From the IMG/VR virus record IMGVR_UViG_3300046501_000246: 64,000 nt of DNA; one strand, written 5' to 3'. The DNA is from a virus. Of the stretch, positions 40,745 to 50,301 are shown piece after piece. Numbering within the stretch: position 1 is the stretch's first letter; each line of letters starts with the position of its first letter. The position numbers and the translations under genes are program-made. A model generated the notes under the pieces. The model worked only from the letters and a program-made list of their open reading frames with translations, did not search any database and had not been told where the DNA came from.

Positions 40745-42391
40745 TTAAATCTTGAATGATGCGTTTTCGGCAGGCTTGGGCTCTTCCGGCTTCTCAACCT
40801 TGATCGAAGAGTGGACCGCAGCGTTATCCTTGACCGCATCCTGAACCGACGAAGCGATTTCGCGGATCGCGACAAGGTTCTGTTCAAGCTCAGCTACGTT
40901 TTCGCGGGTGATTTCGGTAGCCTTCTGAACCACCTCACCATATGCACCAAGGTCTTCCATGGCTTTGACAAGTTCGTCATTCACATCACCCGTTGCCAGA
41001 GCGACACGCATGCTTTCCTTCATCGCGATTTCGTTCGTCGCATCGCTCATCTGAACCATTGTGTCACGCGCAATGGCAGAGCTTTCAGCGATTGCGGCTT
41101 GACCCACGGCCTGAAGCACGACAGAAAGTCGATCAGCGACACCAGCGACACCTTGGGTATGCATCTTGCGCACCTTTTCGACCTGAGACGAGTTGGCATC
41201 TGCCATGGTCTTGATACGCACGGACTGAGACGAAAGATCGGCAAAGGTCGTTTCGGTATCGACGGCAGAACTGGACAAGACAGTGAGATGATCGTCAATG
41301 TCGCGAAGTTCGTTGTCGCGCTTCATCTTTGTGATCATCGATTCTTCTTCGGCAGGGGTCGCAAGAGTTTCGCGCTTCGTCTTGATTTCCGAGCCAGCTT
41401 CCTTAATGCCTTCACCTAGAATGGCATATGCAGAAATCATGGACTGGTTCGCATCGGTAAGATTGTCGATTTGCTCACCCATGCCGCTAAGACTACCGCG
41501 AATACCACCGAGAGCAGACTTAGAAACTTCAACGAATTTCTTAGCCTTTTCAACAGTGTTAGCTGAATTCCGCTGATGTTCTTCCGCCGAAAGGTCAAGC
41601 ATGGCGCGGATCGTTGCCTTGGCCTTGCCAAATTCCGAGTCATCTGCCACAGAGACCGGAGCTTGAGCCGAGACAGTTGTCAGTTCCTGTTCCAGCCTGA
41701 TAAGATTGTCCTTGGCCTGAATGATAGAAATTTCATTCAGTGCAATCTTTTCGCGCGAAGACTGGCGAATCCCAAGCAGGCCGAACAGAGCTTTGTCTTC
41801 GCTGAGTCGTGCATTTTCGTTGGTCAACTCATCGATTAGCTGCTGCGTTGATGTGAAACGCTGTTTGATATTTTCGACCTTTAGATTATATTCCGTTTCA
41901 ACGCTGCGGTCGTTACGGATATCGGAGAAGATTTCATTCGTCTTCCCTTCTTTGCGCACCACGTGCATAGCATTAATGATTCCAAGAATTGGCTCCATCG
42001 CTTCATTGAATTCGATCAGGCCGTCATTCATTGTGGTATAAACTTGCTGAAGCTGCGCCGTTGTGTTGGTATTGGTCACATCGATGATGTTACCAGCCAT
42101 TTGCTCGCGCTTAAGCTGAAGGAATTCCTTGAATTCATCCAGAGCCTTAATCGTAGCCTTGTTTTCTTCCTTCGTACCAACGGTAGCAAGCGTTTTCGCT
42201 ACTGCTTTCTGCTTATCTTCGGGTGAAAGAGCAGGATCGAGCACGATCTTATAGAACGTGTTCGTTGCAATATTTTCGGCGCGGGTATCTTTTGCCGTTT
42301 CGGTCTGAACCGTCTTAGCCTTGACGCCGGTAATTTCCGCGATTCGTGCCTGACGTGCTTCCTTAAGCTTTGCTGCTCCAAAATCACTCAT
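40745..42391 (-). CDS. long all-helical coiled-coil protein
   Basis: 548 aa, heptad-rich, Cys- and Trp-free, with short hydrophobic stretches (ALFGLLGI, VLQAVGQAAIA). Confidence 0.75.
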   Translation of the reverse strand: MSDFGAAKLKEARQARIAEITGVKAKTVQTETAKDTRAENIATNTFYKIVLDPALSPEDKQKAVAKTLATVGTKEENKATIKALDEFKEFLQLKREQMAGNIIDVTNTNTTAQLQQVYTTMNDGLIEFNEAMEPILGIINAMHVVRKEGKTNEIFSDIRNDRSVETEYNLKVENIKQRFTSTQQLIDELTNENARLSEDKALFGLLGIRQSSREKIALNEISIIQAKDNLIRLEQELTTVSAQAPVSVADDSEFGKAKATIRAMLDLSAEEHQRNSANTVEKAKKFVEVSKSALGGIRGSLSGMGEQIDNLTDANQSMISAYAILGEGIKEAGSEIKTKRETLATPAEEESMITKMKRDNELRDIDDHLTVLSSSAVDTETTFADLSSQSVRIKTMADANSSQVEKVRKMHTQGVAGVADRLSVVLQAVGQAAIAESSAIARDTMVQMSDATNEIAMKESMRVALATGDVNDELVKAMEDLGAYGEVVQKATEITRENVAELEQNLVAIREIASSVQDAVKDNAAVHSSIKVEKPEEPKPAENASFKI

Positions 42392-43409
42392 AAATTTTCT
42401 CCTTTAGTTCGTTAACTTTCATCTTCTGCCCATGCATCCAATGTTTCGTGGTCTGTATATGACCTTTTCTTACACACTTTGCAACATATTTTTTGAATTC
42501 CCCGAAAGAAAATTCACTTGCAGTCCGAACGACATAACCTTCATGATCGTCCCACGATAAGACTATGTTTTTAATGAGTTTTTCGTCATATACGCCTCGG
42601 TACAGAGTAGGCACTGGAACAATGTTTAAAAGTTTAAACCATTCCAAAGTCTCATCCCACGAAAGGCAAACATTTTTATCGTTCCAGATAGAGAAGCCGT
42701 AAAAATAAGTTTCGAGATTATCGTAACCGATGGAGTGCTTGGCAAAGAGGTTTTCACCGCATACTCTCCAACGCTCAGGAATGTCTATGGCAATGGAACT
42801 CCAAAAGTTTTTAACCCAATTGCGACTAGGATGATTTCGACCATCAAGACTTCTGGCGTGAATATAATCATTATAAAGCGTAGTGTTTTCGCCATCCATT
42901 TTCTCTGTTACAACAACTTCCATACCGCTGAAAGCGGTCATGTCTTTCAACATTCTGTCATCCTCATTCATCCCCGGTGACCAAGGAACATGAGTCGTGC
43001 GAGGATATTTGACATAATGGGTGAACAATGGGAGCTTATCATGTAGAATCTTTTGAACCGATTCATCAAAGAAAAGCTCTCCGATCAACCTAGTTCCGTT
43101 AGGCAGGATAGGATTTCCCCATTTGTCGTAGACCTGATCGTCATAGAAATGTTCAGGGATAACTTTCTTTGTGATCCCCGCGTATCCCCTGATTTCTTCC
43201 ACCGAAATGTCTGTAGCCTCACAAGCGATGTGATGGATTCCACAGACGCTGGCACCATTTTCTAAGTAGTAACCACCCTCGGCAAACAATCTGCGTTCTA
43301 AGATGTGATGAGCATCAAGTTTTCCGCCTATTCCGCATACGACACAGCGATGACCATCTCTGGCAAAGACGCCTTCTCTGAAATCATCTCGTGTCAAAAG
43401 CTTAGCCAC
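42384..43409 (-). CDS. RNA ligase (Rnl2-like nucleotidyltransferase) with N-terminal HNH-like domain
   Basis: KYPRTTHVPWSPG, TEKMDGEN (motif I), CGENL, FYGFSIW, EGYVVR, AKCVR; N-terminal CVVC..DAHHI..N...C..HH. Confidence 0.88.
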   Translation of the reverse strand: MAKLLTRDDFREGVFARDGHRCVVCGIGGKLDAHHILERRLFAEGGYYLENGASVCGIHHIACEATDISVEEIRGYAGITKKVIPEHFYDDQVYDKWGNPILPNGTRLIGELFFDESVQKILHDKLPLFTHYVKYPRTTHVPWSPGMNEDDRMLKDMTAFSGMEVVVTEKMDGENTTLYNDYIHARSLDGRNHPSRNWVKNFWSSIAIDIPERWRVCGENLFAKHSIGYDNLETYFYGFSIWNDKNVCLSWDETLEWFKLLNIVPVPTLYRGVYDEKLIKNIVLSWDDHEGYVVRTASEFSFGEFKKYVAKCVRKGHIQTTKHWMHGQKMKVNELKEKIYE

Positions 43410-43736
43410 TTAATCTGCCTCCGTTGGATATTTAAAATTCATGTATCCGTCTAGATATTCGTGAATGTTTGCCGCCCCGATAGGATTTTGACTATGGACG
43501 TACCACTCAAAATCTTCTCCGATCACTGTTCCGCCCCGATCTTCGTCTAGATCAACAAGATACTTGGCACACTCGTAACCGTCAAGACTATCGTCACCCA
43601 AGTCATGGTCAAAGCTGATAAAATTGATAGGCTCCTTGGCATAAAGAAGCGCATCAACGAATTCACCATAGCTCCTCACAATGACAAAGTCACGATAGTT
43701 TGCAGGAAGCCGTTCGTCATCAAGAAAAATATTCAT
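43410..43736 (-). CDS. cyclic-phosphate-processing receiver-domain protein
   Basis: IFLDDER...ISFDHDLG...GYECAKYL...VHSQNPIGA. Confidence 0.75.
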   Translation of the reverse strand: MNIFLDDERLPANYRDFVIVRSYGEFVDALLYAKEPINFISFDHDLGDDSLDGYECAKYLVDLDEDRGGTVIGEDFEWYVHSQNPIGAANIHEYLDGYMNFKYPTEAD

Positions 43737-43739
43737 AAT

Positions 43740-45809
43740 TTAAGTCACCGCGAAGTAGACGCACCAAGTCAGAAGTGAGACGATGGTAGCAAGCATTCCA
43801 AAAAGCAGAGTATAAAAACCTTCCGTAAATTCATCCACCTTAGCAGCGATCGGAAAGATTATAGCGAATGCGTAGAAAAGTATAGTAAGCAGGGCAGGAA
43901 TGCCCCAATAACCAATAACAATTGTCACTTCAAAAGTCCCTTCTTCCACTTTTTATATTCTTTAATATAGTTCTCTGGTACGATAGCGACCATAACGCCT
44001 CTAGCGTCCCGAAACAGAGCGTCTAGCTTTCCGTCAATGACTTTGGCCTGAGAAATCTCCCCGCCTTTGTCGCGCTCCAATGCTTCTACTCCACCATCTT
44101 CAGTTACGAGCCAGATGTATTCAGGACTGGTGGTCAAGGCTTAAGCTCCAAAGTTCTCATTAAACGTGCATAAGGATTTTCGGTCTTCAATAGATTAAAT
44201 CCCTCCGCAGCAAGAGCCATAGTAGCATAAACCTGACTAACGAAATACTGCTGATCTATGTTTCCGTCGTAAACTAAATTTACAAAACCTCTGACAGGAG
44301 GAGTGATTTCCTTAATAAGCCCTTTTTCAAAGTCTTCGTCAGAGAGGTAAACCGCACCAAACGCAGGCGTTTTGTCATACCTAGTGGTATGATGAACAGC
44401 CACACCGCCAGCTGCGTAACGCGCCAAACACTGCATTTCAAGTGGATTAGCAGAATAAGTATAAAACTTATTAACCTCAATCATGTCCAATAAACTCCTT
44501 TAATTCCGAAAGCGTCGATAGCTTTCTGGCAACCTTGACAGGGTTTAGACATACCAATATTGCCTCCACCCGTCAATCTCATAACGTATAGGTCACACCG
44601 TTTTAAAACGTCGGAACCATATTGATTAATAGTTTTGATAATTGCGTCGATCTCGGCATGGAGATAAATTTTATATTTATCAGTTTGATATTTCAGCATA
44701 ATAGGATGAGTTTTTAATTGATTCCTACCGATGGAAAGGATTTGTTTTTTGTAAACAATGGCAGCGGCATGCCTGTGCTGATCGCAGTCTGTAACAGTTT
44801 CAGCTGCCTCAAAAAGTTTATTAAAAACAGTTTCATTCTTGGCCTTAGTATTAAAATAATTCACTTCGCGAGCCACGTCCCGACTTTATAAGGAATGTAA
44901 CAGACCCACCAAATTGGCCAAACAATCATTATGAAGAGAAGCCCAACTAGAGGAATAGGATCACAGTAGTCATTCCAATTTAGATCGAAAATATTCTTCA
45001 TCATTCCGAATGAGAAAAAATAGCCAGCGACATAAGCCACCAAAATAATTAAATTTGGCAAATCCATTAATATCCACTCCATTCCGCAATCTTCTTACCG
45101 ATAAAGTAAGGCAACGCAGCAACAATTACGACGGGCCACAATACCGAAGCCCAAAATACGTCTGGCAAGCCTTGCCGATTTAGGTAACCGGCAGAAACAA
45201 AGATGCCAAAGGAATATATGATAACGAGTATCCAAAAGGTCATATTAGACTCCAAAATAGAGACGGTCGTAAATCGAAGCGGCGCGGAACTTGGTGAAGT
45301 TAAAATCACAATCGATTTCTTCTTCCCAATAACCGGTTCGATAAAAATGAATGGTAAAGCCTTCGATGACGTACCATTCACCCTCGACCAGCCCATCATC
45401 CTTGACACTAAAAATTTCTTTTAGAGTGTAATCCAGCCCGCAGCCATAGCTGTTTTCATATTCTGCCGCGCCACCTTCGTATTGAATCTCATAAATATCC
45501 CAATCATCGCCGTCAACATATTCTATTTGGAACAGGATCGTTGAAGGCTCGGCAGGATTAGGGCACTCATATTCATCTTCGTCAATAGGTTCAAACACTT
45601 TAATTTTTACTTCGACCACTTACTTCTTCTCCCGGCATGATAATGCCCCAATAAACTGTAAATATGTCTATATTTCCGAGTCGTTCCATTTTAAGGCAGT
45701 GAACCTTACGAATCGTGTTCGCCGTGCCTACCTTAAATTCAAATCCGGGTGCAGCGATGCAGTTACCGATTTCGCCACGCCACTGCTCATGCTTGATTTG
45801 ATAGACCAT
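43740..45809 (-). other. small hypothetical and membrane genes
   Basis: ORFs 43740-43949, 43925-44137, 44134-44490, 44861-45082, 45067-45408 (real part MTFWIL...), 45245-45619, 45600-45809. Confidence 0.6.
44481..44876 (-). CDS. zinc-dependent cytidine/dCMP deaminase-family protein
   Basis: HAAAIV...SIGRN...LHAEIDAI...SKPCQGCQKAI. Confidence 0.85.
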   Translation of the reverse strand: MAREVNYFNTKAKNETVFNKLFEAAETVTDCDQHRHAAAIVYKKQILSIGRNQLKTHPIMLKYQTDKYKIYLHAEIDAIIKTINQYGSDVLKRCDLYVMRLTGGGNIGMSKPCQGCQKAIDAFGIKGVYWT

Positions 45810-45923
45810 TTATTACTCCATCATAATTTTATAGGTTGATCGTGCAAAGTTTTCAAACTCTCAAGGCTCACTTTGTCATTCCTTTCCCAACCTTCTTCTA
45901 GGGCGAGAATGTACAACGAAAGT

Positions 45924-46361
45924 TTAAGTTTTTTTGGCTATGATTGCTTCCATAGCTTCTGCGTCACCTTTGACAGCCATACGTCTTTTTAAATCGTGAT
46001 TACCCGGAGCAGGAGGCGGAAGTTTACCACCATGTTCAGCTATCCTAGTTTTGAATGTCTCAAAATCTTCGACGCCTCGATGATGATTACAACGTGAATG
46101 GCTGAGAGGAACGTTACTACAAGCATTAGTACCGCCTTCGGATTTTAAATGCTTATGCTCAAATGTAGCATCACTTTTCGAAGGCCTACCTTTACTCGTA
46201 CCGAGCCGGATCGTCATAGGCTTGTGACACAAGCAACACAACCCATCTTGTTGCTTAAACAGCTTGGCCTTTTTTCTGTGCCGATTTCTCGCCCATTTTG
46301 TAGGTATGGAAGGAATAAAGGCAAGATAGTCTTTAAGCTGCTGTTTCTGTTCCGGCGTCAT
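45924..46361 (-). CDS. HNH endonuclease
   Basis: CCLC...ATFEHKHLKSEGGTN..SNVPLSHSRCNHHRG. Confidence 0.8.
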   Translation of the reverse strand: MTPEQKQQLKDYLAFIPSIPTKWARNRHRKKAKLFKQQDGLCCLCHKPMTIRLGTSKGRPSKSDATFEHKHLKSEGGTNACSNVPLSHSRCNHHRGVEDFETFKTRIAEHGGKLPPPAPGNHDLKRRMAVKGDAEAMEAIIAKKT

Positions 46362-46372
46362 GTCACTCCTCT

Positions 46373-47014
46373 TTAAACTTCGTCCGCCTCTGCGAATGGT
46401 CTTGTTCTTAACGCGGCGCAGACACCTTCAGTGATTTGCCTACCAGTTGCGCCTAGGATAATACGTTCAACTAATTTCATCATATTATCATTGGATCGAT
46501 ATGGCAAGCCTAAATTCACACAAAGTGACACTAATTCGGCCTTCCACAGCAAATTAAGCATGGCCCTCGTATTAGGAGTGTTATAAAGTCCTTTAATTTT
46601 CCACGTCTGATCCATATAACGATTTGAATTCCTTAATGGCTCAGGATAAGGCCAGACAAAGTCTTTGACATGACTGCCCAAAATAGCGGTAAGTGCATCA
46701 CTTGGATCATAACGCGAACCTGCACCGTTGGCATAAATTTTCTCGACAAAAAACTTTTTATCGAGGACAAGGAACGTCTGATGTGAGCATTGACTAAATG
46801 CTTTCCATTGATGATCCAAACGCTTCAACACGTCCTTCTCACTCTTGATTTCAAATAATAAAATTTCAGAAAGCCCTACCACGGCTAAATCGGCGCGCGG
46901 GCTACCAGTTCCTGCCGTATTCAATTCGTGAATGATTCGGGAATTGGGACGAAGCTGTCTGACTTTATCAATTACTGTATTTCTAATTTCTCGCTCTACG
47001 AAGCTGCCTGACAT
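46373..47014 (-). CDS. PD-(D/E)xK nuclease-like protein (sce7726/MmcB-like)
   Basis: IIHEL..RADLAVV..LFEIKSEKDVLKRL..Q. Confidence 0.7.
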   Translation of the reverse strand: MSGSFVEREIRNTVIDKVRQLRPNSRIIHELNTAGTGSPRADLAVVGLSEILLFEIKSEKDVLKRLDHQWKAFSQCSHQTFLVLDKKFFVEKIYANGAGSRYDPSDALTAILGSHVKDFVWPYPEPLRNSNRYMDQTWKIKGLYNTPNTRAMLNLLWKAELVSLCVNLGLPYRSNDNMMKLVERIILGATGRQITEGVCAALRTRPFAEADEV

Positions 47015-47240
47015 GTTTTGGATAAATCTCTTTTTGATATTTTGCGTAAAATTGCATTATGTTATATGAAGTGACTTTGGAAGTGTCTTCACCTATAACG
47101 GTTAACCAAGTGGCTAAGTGTCTTCCGATCTCGTAACGTGGCCCTGTGAAATAATCATAATCATCAAGGCGGGAAGGTAAATCATTTAACTTGTCGTTAA
47201 AGCCAGCGAACATGGCGTCATAAACTGAATGAAGTGACAT
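46983..47240 (-). CDS. hypothetical protein
   Basis: first gene of the leftward block. Confidence 0.55.
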   Translation of the reverse strand: MSLHSVYDAMFAGFNDKLNDLPSRLDDYDYFTGPRYEIGRHLATWLTVIGEDTSKVTSYNIMQFYAKYQKEIYPKHVRQLRRARN

Positions 47241-47251
47241 TAAAAATCCTA

Positions 47252-47301
47252 TTGACTTGCTAATAGAAAGGTGTCATAGAGGATGAATAACAAAAAGTCA
47301 A
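47252..47301. promoter_or_regulatory. face-to-face promoter pair with overlapping -10 boxes
   Basis: +: TTGACT(47252)-N17-CATAGA; -: TTGACT(47301)-N17-TATGAC. Confidence 0.65.
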
Positions 47302-47320
47302 GCCGAATTAAGGGGTATAA

Positions 47321-48610
47321 ATGATTTTGAAAGTTTCACAGCATGCCCTATATCGGTACATGGAGCGCGTCTTGAAGTTTGATTTTTCCGAACTTCGACT
47401 TCTGTTTATGATTGAGCGTGGTCTTCCGTCATTAAATCACATTATAGATTCAGATTTCATCTCGTGGTGCGAGCATGAAATTGAAGGCCTCGGAATCTTC
47501 AGAGATAAATTGTCTAAGCGCGTCTGGAAGTGTATGTCGGCGCAGCAGAAAAACATGGCAAAAAATAACGGACATGTCGAAGAGCGCGTACCCGACCCCG
47601 AAAATAAGGTAGGCTACGTCGTAAAAGATAATACCATTATCACCGTTCTCACAAAGGGGTAAAAATGTACGTTTCAAGCATGGGACCGAGAAGCAAACTT
47701 AAGGAAGTTTATATCGATGGAGAGCGTTATATTAGTGACGAACTTGAAAATCAGCTAAAATGGCTCAAGAGTAGGAGTGAAGAAATTTTTCACGGCTCGC
47801 TCGATGACCGCCAATCTCTTACAAAACTTTATCAAATTATAGGGATGATCTCAATTGAAAATAATTAATTATTTTTGTTACGGTGTTACGCTTTCTATTT
47901 TAGGTGTGCTGCTTTATAACTACCAACTTACTTGGGCGATTGTGCTCCTTTTGCTAGGAGCAAGTTAATGACCGTACCTGAATTACTCGCGCCCGTATTT
48001 TTCGTTATCTCTATGTCATTGATAATGATTTGGTTCTGCATCAAACTCGAAAATATGATTACCAATGAGAAAGCCCTTAGCGCCTTGTCGTGGGCTTCCC
48101 CACTCTTTATCGTGGTAGCGCCAATCAGTTTAACTTTTTATTATTTTGGCGCAAAATGAAATACCGTTTTAGAAATTCTAAACCTGTCGGATTTGTTGAA
48201 GTCAAATACGGCAGCATCACTCTTTACAGTAATAAAGATATTGAAAAAGGCGCTGCATGGGTAAAGTTGCATTGTAAGTTGACAGACACGGAATTAGATG
48301 CAATGATCGCTGAATATGAAAAGGAGGGTTGAAAATGAATGAAGAGCTAACTCTGGATCGTTACGCCGTTATGGATGATTTCGCAATTCCTCATCCCACT
48401 GGCAAGTTTGTCCTATTTTCGGACGTTGCTGTTTTGATCGACCGTCTCTGCAAAGTGATTGAGGCGCACAATGGAGCGGCAAACAGCCCTGCAAATGCTG
48501 TATTCTTTGACGAAACAATTCCTCCTGAAGTCTGGTACGCCGTAGTTGATAGAGACCTCGCTATTTCAGCCGAAGTCTGGACCGAGTTTGCCAAGGCAAA
48601 CGGAGTTTAA
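47321..48610 (+). other. small hypothetical genes
   Basis: ORFs 47321-47662 (HALYRYMERV), 47665-47868, 47932-48159, 48090-48332, 48329-48610. Confidence 0.6.
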
Positions 48611-48620
48611 ACTCTAGCCT

Positions 48621-48968
48621 ATGTCGAAGCAATATAATTTATCAAAACTAGATAGAGCTTTTGTCAAAGTCTATCGAGAGGAAGCTCTATTGAGCCAAGA
48701 CAAGAAGTGCTGCTATTGCCACGATCTTTTAACGTTTAAAAGCGTCACAGCGGAGCATAAGCAGCCAAGAAGCAAGAATGGGTCCGACGCTAAGGAAAAC
48801 ATCGCAGGCTCTTGTAGGGCTTGTAATGAGGCAAAGGGAGCCATTACAGACGCCAAGTTCAAGAAACTTATTAAAAGTTTCCCATCCGGCATGAACTACA
48901 AGATAATTTTGACATGGTCGCGCCGAAGGATCAATTTGGCACTAGAAAGGTTTGAAAAGGGATGGTAG
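48621..48968 (+). CDS. HNH endonuclease
   Basis: CCYC...TAEHKQPRSKNGSD..ENIAGSCRACNEAKG. Confidence 0.85.
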   Translation: MSKQYNLSKLDRAFVKVYREEALLSQDKKCCYCHDLLTFKSVTAEHKQPRSKNGSDAKENIAGSCRACNEAKGAITDAKFKKLIKSFPSGMNYKIILTWSRRRINLALERFEKGW

Positions 48969-49462
48969 GGATCAGAAATGCAACCATTGTCACGGTAAAG
49001 CCTTTAATTCCCAACTATGCCAAAGCTATTTTAGGGCCGTGTGCATTTGGCATCGAGCCACCTGCTGACACAGAATATAGGAGACCTGTTATGACAAAAC
49101 GTACCCACGAAGAAGTAATAGAAGCGCATCGTATCGCCATTGGCGCGACAAAGATTCACGTGGATTACAACCTCAACTCTGATCCAGAAGAGCTTGCGAA
49201 GGAGTTGGAGCGAGGTAACAACGTCATTCAGATGTTTAATGCAATCGACCCTCTCACCAAAGCAGAAGCTAAGATTGAGCGTTACGAAAAACTCTTGCGC
49301 AGTCTCACTAAACTAGGTCAGGCGAGCTTTGACGAATGGGATAAAATGTCTGAGGGCGAGACCCTTTTGAGGCAAAAATTGTTTGGCATGACAGAATTTG
49401 CTACGCACGAGAATACAAAGCATACCATTGAATTTGCTAAGAGAAAAGGTGTAATCTCTTGA
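48962..49462 (+). CDS. hypothetical protein
   Basis: real start probably MTKRTH (49091). Confidence 0.5.
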   Translation: MVGIRNATIVTVKPLIPNYAKAILGPCAFGIEPPADTEYRRPVMTKRTHEEVIEAHRIAIGATKIHVDYNLNSDPEELAKELERGNNVIQMFNAIDPLTKAEAKIERYEKLLRSLTKLGQASFDEWDKMSEGETLLRQKLFGMTEFATHENTKHTIEFAKRKGVIS

Positions 49463-50301
49463 CCAAAATTTCATGGCTAATCGACAATTACATGTTTGAT
49501 CGCAGTCCGCTGTATCGGAACATGGATGAAAATTTTAAAGAATTAGGCATTCCTTATTACTATGCCCAATATATTCCTTTCGCTGACGCGAAAGACCAAG
49601 ACTATGGCCCTTTCAAAGATGGCGATCCTGTCGTCATTTATGGAACAATCAACTTCGTCAAGAAGTGCCCACGAGTTTTCGCCCCCGGCGCTTATGGCTA
49701 CACTCAGAATCGTCAGTGTAATGTCTACATGACGAACATTCCTCATGACTGGTTCCTCAACTCTGACTATATCATGCTGACATGGGGCGACCTGAAGGCG
49801 AGATGGCAATCGATTTACGAACTGCTTCAGTGTTATGAAATTTTCATTCGCCCCATGAGTGGCGATAAGAGTTTCACTGGCCAAGCCATCTTCTATAGCG
49901 ATTTCCTTTTCGAAGCTAATTCGACGCAGCAATTAACTGCTGTTACGGATGAAACAATCGTCATGATTGCGAAATCGAAAAAGCATGACATTAAAGGCGA
50001 ATTTCGATTCATCATAGGTGCTGGCGAAGTTATTGCCGGTTCGGAATATCGTTGGGATGGAAATCTGGATATTCGCAGAGATTGGCCAGCGGAATGTGAA
50101 GAAGTCGCAGCAGCTGTGGCACGCCTGCCATGGCAACTCGACACGGTCTACACCTGTGACGTTGCACTAATGGCAGATGGTGTTCCTAAAATTGTTGAGC
50201 TAAATGGATTTGCAAGCGCCGGTTGGTACGCCGCAGATCAAAAGAAAATTATATCAAGAGTCACAGAAATTGCAGAGGCTGAATATGGCGAAAACATTTG
50301 A
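49459..50301 (+). CDS. ATP-grasp domain protein (DUF4343/R2K-like)
   Basis: FIRPMSGDKSFTG, EFRFII..GEVIAGSEY, YTCDVA...KIVELNGFASAGWY. Confidence 0.8.
   Translation: MTKISWLIDNYMFDRSPLYRNMDENFKELGIPYYYAQYIPFADAKDQDYGPFKDGDPVVIYGTINFVKKCPRVFAPGAYGYTQNRQCNVYMTNIPHDWFLNSDYIMLTWGDLKARWQSIYELLQCYEIFIRPMSGDKSFTGQAIFYSDFLFEANSTQQLTAVTDETIVMIAKSKKHDIKGEFRFIIGAGEVIAGSEYRWDGNLDIRRDWPAECEEVAAAVARLPWQLDTVYTCDVALMADGVPKIVELNGFASAGWYAADQKKIISRVTEIAEAEYGENI

Noticed and set aside
40811-42226. Several long + strand ORFs (e.g. 40811-41419) opposite the coiled-coil gene
   Set aside because: Antisense shadows of a strongly biased real gene; the same applies to 4886-5368, 14342-14890, 19349-19888, 52218-52703, 53769-54251 and 63696-63950.
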